64,000 bases of DNA from Flammeovirgaceae bacterium (GTDB lineage Bacteria > Bacteroidota > Bacteroidia > Cytophagales > Cyclobacteriaceae), in NCBI GenBank assembly GCA_024638265.1, contig JAHEKQ010000011.1:1333-65332 (forward strand), written 5' to 3'. The notes under the pieces were generated by a model, which saw only the letters and a list, made by a program, of their open reading frames with translations, did not search any database and was not told the origin of the DNA. The position numbers and the translations under genes are program-made. Within the stretch, counting starts at the first letter, position 1. The number at the start of each line of letters is the position of its first letter. This document shows, piece by piece, positions 1-8,670 of this stretch.

Positions 1-62
1 CCTTCCTCAAACTCTGAAATCCCCAGCTCGGAGAGTACTTTTTTAATATCTATAGATGCCAT
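1..62 (-). CDS. Partial CDS, N-terminal 20 codons only (MASIDIKKVLSELGISEFEE...), runs off the left edge; product not determinable
   Basis: ATG at 62-60 on the - strand, open to position 1. A TACCTTTG -7 box lies at 93-86. Too short for a family call. Confidence 0.4.
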   Translation of the reverse strand, partial: MASIDIKKVLSELGISEFEE

Positions 63-85
63 TGATTCGCTTGATTTACCTGGGG

Positions 86-93
86 CAAAGGTA
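86..93 (-). promoter_or_regulatory. Candidate -7 promoter box (TACCTTTG) for the partial gene at 1-62
   Basis: Exact match to the Bacteroidota sigma-A -7 consensus TAnnTTTG, 23 nt upstream of the ATG. Confidence 0.4.
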
Positions 94-123
94 GGAATTG
101 GCGGGCGATTTGAGAAAGGGAGA

Positions 124-1536
124 TCAGTCTATTTCGATGACCTTGGAATGTCCATACAAATCGATTCCCTCGATTGAAAATGAACCTGTTTCTGCATCGA
201 GCAATTCAATCAACTCCTCTGTGGAATTGACCTTTTCATCGTTGAGGTGGGTTATGATAAAACCATTTTCTATCCCGGCATCTTTCCAGGTCCTGTTGAG
301 GTTTCTTTCTACCCTTATACCCAATATCAACCGGTTTTCCCCGTTGAATTCCACATCCTGGAAGTACACTCCATCCCAACTGGGATAATTGCCATAGACA
401 TTGGTGCTCCCGTCGATATCCCGGAGTGTAGCACTTACAGTCTTCTCGAGGTTCTCCCGGATAAAAGTAACCTCAATCATATCCCCGGGGCGATTTCTCG
501 CCACGTATTCCTGGAGTTCGGAGGTATTGGAAACTTGCTTTTCATTGATCCCAACAATAACATCACCTTCCCTCAGACCCGCCTCATAACCCGCACTGTT
601 TCCAATAACCGAATTGACATATACCCCACTTACCACTTCAAGGTCATAAAATTCAGCTAGTTTGGCATCCATATCCATTATGGATATTCCGAGCAATCCC
701 CTTTTCACCTCCCCGAATTCAAGGAGGTCATTCATTACTTTTTCCACGAGTGTAACAGGAACTGCAAATGAATATCCTTCGAATCTCCCGGATGCTGTGG
801 CAATGGCCGTATTGATCCCAATGAGTTCACCCTTGAGATTGACAAGCGCCCCACCGCTATTGCCCGGATTTACCGCTGCATCAGTCTGAATAAAGGATTC
901 GATCTGCAAATTTGAATCAGTCCTCAGGATATTAATATTTCTTGCCTTGGCACTGACTATTCCGGCGGTTACGGTAGAATTTAGATTAAATGGGTTTCCT
1001 ATTGCCAGCACCCATTCGCCCGGTACTACGATATCCGAGTTGCCAAAGCGGACAAATGGCAGATCAGGTTGATCTATTTTTATCAATGCCAGGTCAGTGG
1101 TTTCATCAACCCCTACAATCTCTGCATCATACAGCCTGTTGTCGTTGAGTTTAACCTCCACCCTTGATGCATTTTCAACCACATGATAGTTGGTGGCGAT
1201 ATAGCCGTCATCAGTAATGATGACACCGGAGCCGGTACTGCGAGGTTCACGCCCTGCATAACGCTCAAAGGGGTCGGAACTCACTCCTCCATAAAAGGAT
1301 TCGATGTGAACTACACCGGGCAATACCCTGTCAGCGGCTTCGAGGAAGTTTAAACCTTCAGGAACGATCACCTCCGGGTTGCTTGCGGGCTGCATGACTT
1401 CCTGGCGTTGGGAAAATGATACATACTTCCTGGCTGAGCCATTTGGGTCTCCCAGGTTCCCAATCAGGATATATACCACCAGTCCTCCCAACAAGGATGA
1501 GAGGAATATTCCCGTAAAAAACAATTTCTTCGACAT
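124..1536 (-). CDS. htrA: HtrA/DegP-family periplasmic serine endoprotease with PDZ domains
   Basis: Trypsin-like triad contexts TNYHVV (His), DLALIKI (Asp) and GNSGGALVN (Ser), with a PDZ-like C-terminal half. Start moved to the ATG at 1536 (MSKKLFFTGIFLSS signal anchor); the track start at 1587 is further upstream. Confidence 0.9.
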   Translation of the reverse strand: MSKKLFFTGIFLSSLLGGLVVYILIGNLGDPNGSARKYVSFSQRQEVMQPASNPEVIVPEGLNFLEAADRVLPGVVHIESFYGGVSSDPFERYAGREPRSTGSGVIITDDGYIATNYHVVENASRVEVKLNDNRLYDAEIVGVDETTDLALIKIDQPDLPFVRFGNSDIVVPGEWVLAIGNPFNLNSTVTAGIVSAKARNINILRTDSNLQIESFIQTDAAVNPGNSGGALVNLKGELIGINTAIATASGRFEGYSFAVPVTLVEKVMNDLLEFGEVKRGLLGISIMDMDAKLAEFYDLEVVSGVYVNSVIGNSAGYEAGLREGDVIVGINEKQVSNTSELQEYVARNRPGDMIEVTFIRENLEKTVSATLRDIDGSTNVYGNYPSWDGVYFQDVEFNGENRLILGIRVERNLNRTWKDAGIENGFIITHLNDEKVNSTEELIELLDAETGSFSIEGIDLYGHSKVIEID

Positions 1537-1613
1537 TTCTGACCCGGTTATTCTAACAAGATAATTATTTAACGGATGAAGTGCCACCTTCGTTCAGGTG
1601 GAATGCAGGCTAA

Positions 1614-2891
1614 TTAGAATTTTTCGTCGAGAAATTCCTCTATGGCCCGGTGAACAAAATTAATTTCCTCCTCTGTAGTGACATAAGGAGGTAGAAAGTA
1701 AATCACATTTCCGAGAGGCCGCAGTAGAATTCCCCGATCCATGAAATAATTATAGATCGTCACCCGGATATTATTAAAATAAGTAGTCTTTCCAGAATCC
1801 AATTCAATAGCGAGAATGGTTCCCAATGATTGAATTTGCTTGACACCCGATCGTCCCTCGTTCCTTTCCTTGAATTCGGCCTGGTGACGGTAAATCATAT
1901 CGAGTTGATCCTGTATTTCCGGTGAATCGAGAAGCTCGAGCGACTTCAGGGCCACAGCACAACCCAGGGGATTGGCAGTAAACGAATGACCGTGAAAAAA
2001 TGTGTGCTCCAATACCTCGGATTCAAATACTTTGGCAACACGCCGGGACGCCGTCGTAACTGACATAGGCAACATTCCGGCAGTTAATGCTTTGGACAGA
2101 CAGATGATATCGGGCGAATAATCAACATAGTAACTCGCGAGGAATTTTCCCGTTCTGTAAAACCCGGTGAAGACTTCATCTGCAATGGTCAGGACATCAT
2201 ATTTTTTGCATATATCAAAGAGTTGTGAAAGCAGTTCAGGCGAATACATACGCATCCCGGCTGCCCCCTGTACAAGTGGTTCATAGATAAAGCTGGCCAC
2301 ATTACCACTACTGCAAAGATCCTCCATCATTTCAAGGACTTCCCCGTCGTTGGTTCCATCCGGATAGGGCAGGAATTCCACGGGGAACAATAATTGGTGA
2401 AATGCTTCCGAAAACAAGCCACGCTCACCCACTGCCATAGCTCCGAAAGTGTCGCCATGATAGGCACCGTCTATGGCAATAATCTGATTCCTATCTGGTT
2501 TCTGCAGGTTTCTCCAATACTGAATGGTCATTTTAATTCCCACCTCGACGGCCGTACTTCCATCATCAGAAAAGAATACTTTTGAATGTGATTCAGGAAG
2601 CTTTTTTAAAAGCTCTTCCGATAGCCTGACCGCCGGTTCATGGGTAAATCCGGCAAAAATCACATGTTCAAGTTTGAGCGCCTGGTCGTTTAAAGCTTTT
2701 GCCAATACGGGATTTGAGTGACCGAGTGTATTCACCCACCAGGAAGATATCCCATCAAGGACTTTTTTGCCATCTGTCGTGTAGAGGTATACCCCCTCTG
2801 CACTTTCCAGTGCCTGTAGCGGATAATCCCCTTTCAAAGGTGTAAATGGATGCCAAACGGCCTTTTGGTCCCGCGCTATTAAATCACTCAT
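1614..2891 (-). CDS. bioA: Adenosylmethionine-8-amino-7-oxononanoate aminotransferase
   Basis: 425 aa class-III aminotransferase with a typical BioA N-terminus (DxxxVWHPFT). ATGA overlap with bioD. Member of a bioF-bioD-bioA operon. Confidence 0.9.
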   Translation of the reverse strand: MSDLIARDQKAVWHPFTPLKGDYPLQALESAEGVYLYTTDGKKVLDGISSWWVNTLGHSNPVLAKALNDQALKLEHVIFAGFTHEPAVRLSEELLKKLPESHSKVFFSDDGSTAVEVGIKMTIQYWRNLQKPDRNQIIAIDGAYHGDTFGAMAVGERGLFSEAFHQLLFPVEFLPYPDGTNDGEVLEMMEDLCSSGNVASFIYEPLVQGAAGMRMYSPELLSQLFDICKKYDVLTIADEVFTGFYRTGKFLASYYVDYSPDIICLSKALTAGMLPMSVTTASRRVAKVFESEVLEHTFFHGHSFTANPLGCAVALKSLELLDSPEIQDQLDMIYRHQAEFKERNEGRSGVKQIQSLGTILAIELDSGKTTYFNNIRVTIYNYFMDRGILLRPLGNVIYFLPPYVTTEEEINFVHRAIEEFLDEKF

Positions 2892-3499
2892 AATTGGTCA
2901 ATATTGTTTCTTAATTCTCCGGCAAGCTGCTTCACGGTTTCCCGGTCCACTCTCCGTTGGGGTCGTAATCTCATCAACACCTCCCACCCCGATTTTTTTT
3001 CGATAATCCGTTCAGACTCCTTGTTTACCTCACCGTTAAAAATAATTCCGCGAACCGGCACCTCATGACGCTTCAATTCCTCCACGGTGAGCAAGCTGTG
3101 ATTTATACTGCCCAGGTACAAATTGCTCACTACGATTACCGGAAGCCCCAGGTGTTTAACCAGGTCAAGCATGGTCACTTCATCATTAATGGGAACGAGC
3201 AGGCCCCCAGCTCCTTCCACTAGCAAGTTTTCCGTGTTTGGGAGCTTGAAATCTTCCAGATCGATTTCAATTCCTTCTGCCCTGGCCGCATCATGTGGCG
3301 AGGCGGGCATCTTCAGAAAATAACGCTCGGGATGAAATTGAATTGATGAAGTGGATACAAGGTTTCTAATTGTTTCCGTATCTCCAGGAGCCCCTGCCTG
3401 GATCGGTTTCCAATAATCCATCCCAAACGCCTCAGCTAGTATTGCTGAAATGAGGGTTTTACCGCTATCGGTCCCGATGGCCGTCACAAAATATTTCAT
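2888..3499 (-). CDS. bioD: Dethiobiotin synthase
   Basis: 203 aa with N-terminal P-loop GTDSGKT. ATGA overlaps with both neighbours. Confidence 0.9.
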   Translation of the reverse strand: MKYFVTAIGTDSGKTLISAILAEAFGMDYWKPIQAGAPGDTETIRNLVSTSSIQFHPERYFLKMPASPHDAARAEGIEIDLEDFKLPNTENLLVEGAGGLLVPINDEVTMLDLVKHLGLPVIVVSNLYLGSINHSLLTVEELKRHEVPVRGIIFNGEVNKESERIIEKKSGWEVLMRLRPQRRVDRETVKQLAGELRNNIDQL

Positions 3500-4632
3500 T
3501 GTATTTCAGATAGTTTACTGATCAATGAAATTATCTCATCCCGAGTGTTATAGCTGTGGAGGCAAATCCTTATTCGTTCCGAGCCTTCCGGAACGGTAGG
3601 GCTCAATACCGGGTATACGGAAAATCCCGATTCATTCAACTTTGATGATAGCTCACGGCAGGCCTCATTTCCGGGAATTACAATTCCCTGGATCGCTGAT
3701 TTGCTGTGCAGATATTCCCTTGGTGAATTCTTCATCTGCTCCGTGAATAATTCGATATTTTCGTTAAGCCTCTCTCTTTCACTAGTGTGATCATCCAAAT
3801 AAAGAAATGCCTCCCGAATGCTGGCCAGTTGAATGGGAGGAATCCCGGTCGTATATATGAAGGGCCTGGAATAATTAATGAGGTATTCAACCAGGGATCG
3901 GGAACCTGCAATACAAGCCCCATGGATTCCCATGGCTTTTCCAAATGTATAAATCCGGATATCAGTCTCACCGAAAAGGTCTAATTCCCCGGTAAGACCG
4001 CTTCCCCCCGGACCGTAGACCCCTGTCGCATGTGCTTCATCAACTATTGAATAGGCCCCTGCGGCCTTTATAACCGGAATCAGAGCTTCAAAATCACAAA
4101 AATCTCCATCCATGGAATATACCGACTCCACGACGACGAATTTCCTGCCCTCCGATTTCTTAAGCAGCCTGTCAAGATCCGCCGGATCATTATGTCGAAA
4201 TCGTCTGATCCGGGCGTTAGAAAGTCGTATTCCATCCTTTATGGATGCATGTGAGAGCTCATCGTAGAGTATAGTATCTCCCCTTTGTGGAATTGAGGCC
4301 AAGACTCCGAGATTTGCCATATACCCGGAAGCAAAAAGAAGCGAAGACTCTGATCCAAAGCGGGTGGCTAGCTCACTTTCTATCTCCAGGTGTAAAGGAT
4401 CTGTACCACTTAACAGCCTGGAACCCGTTGCCCCATTACCGGGAAGCTTCGAATGTGCCCGATGAATCCTTTCATGAAGTTCTGAAGATCGTGCTAGTCC
4501 AAGATAGTCATTCGAGGAAAAGTCTGCCCCTTCCGGGCCACTTCTCAATTTTCTAAGCAGACCGGCATCTTCTCTTTGATTTAACACTTCCCTGAACCAC
4601 TCATCCAGCATAACCGGTAAATATATAGCCAT
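3496..4632 (-). CDS. bioF: 8-amino-7-oxononanoate synthase
   Basis: About 378 aa alpha-oxoamine synthase with a PLP-lysine context (YTFGKAMG). The track start at 4638 is TTG; the first ATG is at 4632. Confidence 0.85.
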   Translation of the reverse strand: MAIYLPVMLDEWFREVLNQREDAGLLRKLRSGPEGADFSSNDYLGLARSSELHERIHRAHSKLPGNGATGSRLLSGTDPLHLEIESELATRFGSESSLLFASGYMANLGVLASIPQRGDTILYDELSHASIKDGIRLSNARIRRFRHNDPADLDRLLKKSEGRKFVVVESVYSMDGDFCDFEALIPVIKAAGAYSIVDEAHATGVYGPGGSGLTGELDLFGETDIRIYTFGKAMGIHGACIAGSRSLVEYLINYSRPFIYTTGIPPIQLASIREAFLYLDDHTSERERLNENIELFTEQMKNSPREYLHSKSAIQGIVIPGNEACRELSSKLNESGFSVYPVLSPTVPEGSERIRICLHSYNTRDEIISLISKLSEIQ

Positions 4633-4706
4633 ATCCAAAAAGAAGCAGAATAGCCTGCTGTTTGTTGTCCATTATTTTAATATTTGTATTACCAAACACT
4701 ACGAAA

Positions 4707-5651
4707 ATGAGATTTTTTACACTGTTGATATTTTCCTCTATACTCATTTCAGGCTGTGTTACCCAGAAAAAATACAATGAACTCCTTGCTGAAAAGGTAA
4801 AAGCCGAAGGAGAGCTGGGTATGACCAAGGACAGCCTCGAATCCATGAATGAACTCTCAAGGCTTCTCGAGTCACAATTAACATTACTCAACGACGAGAA
4901 ATATGCTTTGGAAGACAGCTTGAGGATCAACGAGCTGGAAACTTCTGAACTGCAGGCAGAGTTTGATAAGCTGAATAATTATTACAATAACCTGCTCAAC
5001 AACTCGGGTCAACTCACACAGGATCTAGCAGAACAAAAGCAGGAACTCGAAAGTATCCGCCGGAACCTGGAGGCATCACAGGCAAAAAACGAGGAACTTT
5101 CAGCAGATCTTCAGGAAAGGGAAGGTAAGGTCAGGGAATTGGAAGATATTCTCGCAAAGAAAGATGAAGCGGTGAACCGTTTGAAGAACCGGATCAATAA
5201 CGCACTGCTGAATTTCAAGGAAAGCGACCTGACCGTGGAAGTGAAGAATGGAAAAGTTTATGTCTCCCTGGCTGAACAGTTACTTTTCCAATCGGGTAGT
5301 ATTGTGGTGGATCCAAAAGGTAAAACTGCACTTGAACAATTGGCCAATGCCCTGAGAGACCAGAATGATATCAATGTCATGGTGGAGGGCCACACGGATA
5401 ATGTACCCATCGGTAGGACTTCAAACTATATGAAGGACAACTGGGACCTGAGTGTTATGCGGGCCACAACCATTGTGCGGATACTTACCAGCAACGGGGT
5501 GGAGCCCAACCAGATTACCGCTGCAGGGAAAGGTGAATTCTATCCCGTGGACACGAATGAATCGGCGGATGGCAGGAGAAACAACCGTAGGACAGAGATA
5601 ATTATCACCCCTGACCTCGACGAACTATTCCAGATCCTGGAGAGCAATTAA
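4707..5651 (+). CDS. OmpA/MotB-domain lipoprotein with a long coiled-coil N-terminal region
   Basis: Lipoprotein signal MRFFTLLIFSSILISGC from the ATG at 4707, about 170 aa of heptad-rich E/L/K/N sequence, and a C-terminal OmpA-like motif set (GHTDNVPI...LSVMRA...NRRTEIII). Confidence 0.8.
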   Translation: MRFFTLLIFSSILISGCVTQKKYNELLAEKVKAEGELGMTKDSLESMNELSRLLESQLTLLNDEKYALEDSLRINELETSELQAEFDKLNNYYNNLLNNSGQLTQDLAEQKQELESIRRNLEASQAKNEELSADLQEREGKVRELEDILAKKDEAVNRLKNRINNALLNFKESDLTVEVKNGKVYVSLAEQLLFQSGSIVVDPKGKTALEQLANALRDQNDINVMVEGHTDNVPIGRTSNYMKDNWDLSVMRATTIVRILTSNGVEPNQITAAGKGEFYPVDTNESADGRRNNRRTEIIITPDLDELFQILESN

Positions 5652-8194
5652 AACCTGACCATAAGGTTGGGAGCTCCACCGGTACCTGAATTCAGGCTTT
5701 CATAAGTTCTCTCCAAGTTGGTTCCAGGGATACTCACCCGGACAGAGTAATCACCTTCCTTGAATACGAAGGGCTGGAAAGAATTATCACTGCTCCTGAT
5801 ACTGTAAACCAGTTCTCCGGTAGATTCATCAATCACATCGAAGACGGGCTTATCATAGCCATCCACAATCATATTGGGGAGGCGGCTCACGATTTTCTTT
5901 CCGTATTGCTGCAATTGGGTGACCATCAAGGGCCAACCCGGGTATTGCCGGGCATTTCCAATTGTGGGATCCGAATCACGCGGCCAGCACTCCACGGTAA
6001 TCGCGCGCCAGTCGGAATTGATTCTCAGTATTCCATAACCCGTGGCACGGTCATATAGATTGGCCGGTTCCCGGCCCGTGAATACCGGGTTTGAAATAGC
6101 GTGCACAGTAATTTTATTTCCAAAACCATCCTCAAAATCGCCGGTATATTTCGGTATTCCTTCCTTGCGATTAGCTCCCCCTTCGGCGGGATACCATCGG
6201 CGAGGCCAAATATTGGATACGGAGGGAACACAAAATGCATAACCTGAGTCACCGTATTCCTCCACTCCGTATTGAATCAGGCTTCCCAGGTGCTGATCAC
6301 CCGCCAGGTGGAAGGCAAAACCCTTTCTCATGATCTTAAGAGCATTATCTCTAGCGGATTGAGGCCAGCCATTGGAATCCATATCCGATACGGGTCGGTC
6401 ATCCGGAGGATATTCCCCTTCTTCCAATATCCGGAGCCTCGGTATTACCCGGCCGTTCGATTCAGATTCAGGCAGTGTGGCAACATTGGCAAAAATGGTT
6501 TGTGAAAGGACTACTTTCATTTCCGCTCCACCCGACCAGTCCCGGACCCAATCTTCAAGGAAGTCCTCCTGCCTTGCTCCCAGGAGGATGGCTCCTTCCA
6601 CATCCCCGGACTCCCTGGCATTCCAGGTTAGATTGGAAGCCCAACCATTATCGACTTTTGCGTCCGGAAGAATAGGGCCGGGAGCCGATTTAAACTTTCG
6701 GTCTTCGAGAATGGCAAAACTCACTTTACCATAAACCATATCCGTGTAGTATACGCCTATATCCTGCGCTACCGGGGTTGGATCGAAGGGATCCGGCAAG
6801 TGACTGGTCTGTGTGCGTTGCACCATATTTACCCAGTCCGGTGGCATCTTATATCCCCCCTGGTCCTGTGCGGCACTACCGGTTAATCCTACAGGGGTTG
6901 AAATTCCTCCGGCTCCCCAGATATTTCCATGGTAAACATCGTGGTCATCGGGGATGCTAACTGCCGGACGATCCCGCAGTAAATCGCGGTAAGTCCACCC
7001 GAATATGTACCACTTCCTGAGGTAATCCAGGACTGCTTTAGAGGTTGGGGATCTCTGAACCCCGTAACCCCCTACCCCTTCGTAAATCTGATCCCCGGAA
7101 AAAAACAAGAGGTCTGGATCATGTTTTTTCACATTGTCCGTCAAATCCTTATTGGGAAAACCGAGATCGTTATTGCCCGTGAAACCCGCGACTACCAGGT
7201 CTTGTTTATCTACCGGATTTTTCCTTATCGTTCCGGTATAATAGGACCGCTCCCTAGTATCTCCATAACTTTTGTACCCGTATTCCACGCGGTATTGCCT
7301 GTCAAATCCGTCCTTCCAGTTATTCACCCGAAAGGTGGCAGTTCTTGAAACTGAATCCAGGTCTGCTTCAGCTATTGTGATCCAGGAATCCTCTTCACTC
7401 AATACCTGGAAATAGACTCTGTTGTCATCTTGGTCACCTACCGGCGACAATTGTGCCGTGTATTTCAGTGTTCCACTGTCCAGGGTATACTGGTTGAACA
7501 TGACAGGTCCATAGGCCCGATCTTCTTTTTCCATTATGCTTTCACCACGGACTTCAAAATCTCCAAATGCAATGGCCGGTTGATCAGAATTGGCCTCGAG
7601 ATGGCTGACCAGGGCAATACCCCCGGCAGGGATTTCCAGCGTGTCAGGAATCTGCAATACCACAGGATCTTTTTGTTCCAGTTGAAGGGTCAGGGTCCTG
7701 TTCCCATCGTTAAACTCCAGGATCAGCCTCCCGCTGGTTATTGGAATCTCGGAGGGTTCCTCAGCTACGAATTCTCCATAAAAGAGCTTACCTGTACGCG
7801 TTATACCAAAATTGAGGCCGGTTCCCCTGACAGCGCTATCACGATAATCGTTAAAAGTCCCGTTTATTCCTAACCTGAAACCGAGCCACCCGGAGACTCC
7901 CGAATCCTTATTCAACCATCTGAAGGGGATTGAAATACGCATATTCGACGGTTGTTTATCGTGTTCACGGGTAAGAAGGAAGAGATTCCTGTTGGGTCCA
8001 CTGAAATTACAGGTTAGCTCTCCAGCTAACAGTTCCCAATCCTGCAAGCGGTTGGCCCAGAAATCAGGACCGATCCAGGTCCTTGAAACCGTGGGCCAGT
8101 CGAAGGTTCCGCGATCAGGTTCCGGCGCAGAACAACAGGTAAAAAAGACCAGGAAAGCAATGAAATATTGAGCTATTGATTGTCTGATGGGCAT
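5648..8194 (-). CDS. PhoD-like metallophosphatase-domain protein with a large N-terminal domain of unknown function
   Basis: Signal or lipoprotein N-terminus from the ATG at 8194 (the track start at 8227 is TTG). Metallophosphoesterase-type motifs FFSGDQIYE, IPDDHDVYHGN and LAGDQHLG in the C-terminal half. Confidence 0.6.
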   Translation of the reverse strand: MPIRQSIAQYFIAFLVFFTCCSAPEPDRGTFDWPTVSRTWIGPDFWANRLQDWELLAGELTCNFSGPNRNLFLLTREHDKQPSNMRISIPFRWLNKDSGVSGWLGFRLGINGTFNDYRDSAVRGTGLNFGITRTGKLFYGEFVAEEPSEIPITSGRLILEFNDGNRTLTLQLEQKDPVVLQIPDTLEIPAGGIALVSHLEANSDQPAIAFGDFEVRGESIMEKEDRAYGPVMFNQYTLDSGTLKYTAQLSPVGDQDDNRVYFQVLSEEDSWITIAEADLDSVSRTATFRVNNWKDGFDRQYRVEYGYKSYGDTRERSYYTGTIRKNPVDKQDLVVAGFTGNNDLGFPNKDLTDNVKKHDPDLLFFSGDQIYEGVGGYGVQRSPTSKAVLDYLRKWYIFGWTYRDLLRDRPAVSIPDDHDVYHGNIWGAGGISTPVGLTGSAAQDQGGYKMPPDWVNMVQRTQTSHLPDPFDPTPVAQDIGVYYTDMVYGKVSFAILEDRKFKSAPGPILPDAKVDNGWASNLTWNARESGDVEGAILLGARQEDFLEDWVRDWSGGAEMKVVLSQTIFANVATLPESESNGRVIPRLRILEEGEYPPDDRPVSDMDSNGWPQSARDNALKIMRKGFAFHLAGDQHLGSLIQYGVEEYGDSGYAFCVPSVSNIWPRRWYPAEGGANRKEGIPKYTGDFEDGFGNKITVHAISNPVFTGREPANLYDRATGYGILRINSDWRAITVECWPRDSDPTIGNARQYPGWPLMVTQLQQYGKKIVSRLPNMIVDGYDKPVFDVIDESTGELVYSIRSSDNSFQPFVFKEGDYSVRVSIPGTNLERTYESLNSGTGGAPNLMVRF

Positions 8195-8632
8195 AGCCAA
8201 AGATATACCTAACCCATCCCAAGTCAAAAACCTAAATTCAGTGTTTTCTGTCCAGCAGGCCCTTTACAATTTCCAGCTTGTCTTCCTGGCTGGTTATTTC
8301 CAGGTTGAACCAGGCGAACATAAATAACCTGTTATAACTGGCATTAACCTGGGGACCCGCGATCTTCTTTTTTGATGTATGTAAAAGATTGATCATTTAG
8401 CTCATCAACGAGTTCACTCGTGAATTAGTTTTCTCTTAAAGGACAACCGGAAGCTATAAATGGTTTAAATGAATATTCCCGTGTTGAACTGAATAACAAA
8501 GGATTAGAAATTCCAGTCTATTCAAATTTGCATTTTTTGCCAATTTAGGTTCTATTTTACCCCATACCTGGTCAATTTTTCACTTTACTTTCAAAATCGG
8601 GTTAAAAAAAGACAAGAATTGGATTTAAATGT

Positions 8633-8640
8633 TACTTTTG
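8633..8640 (+). promoter_or_regulatory. Candidate -7 promoter box (TACTTTTG) for glnN
   Basis: Match to TAnnTTTG, 30 nt upstream of the ATG at 8671. It lies inside the TTG-extended ORF (8629), which argues for the 8671 start. Confidence 0.45.
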
Positions 8641-8670
8641 TCCCATAATTATCAAAAAACAACAACCACT

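Noticed and set aside
8629-8670. TTG start at 8629 for glnN
   Set aside because: The candidate -7 box (8633-8640) lies downstream of it. The ATG at 8671 gives the MANLRYRAL N-terminus expected for type III glutamine synthetase.
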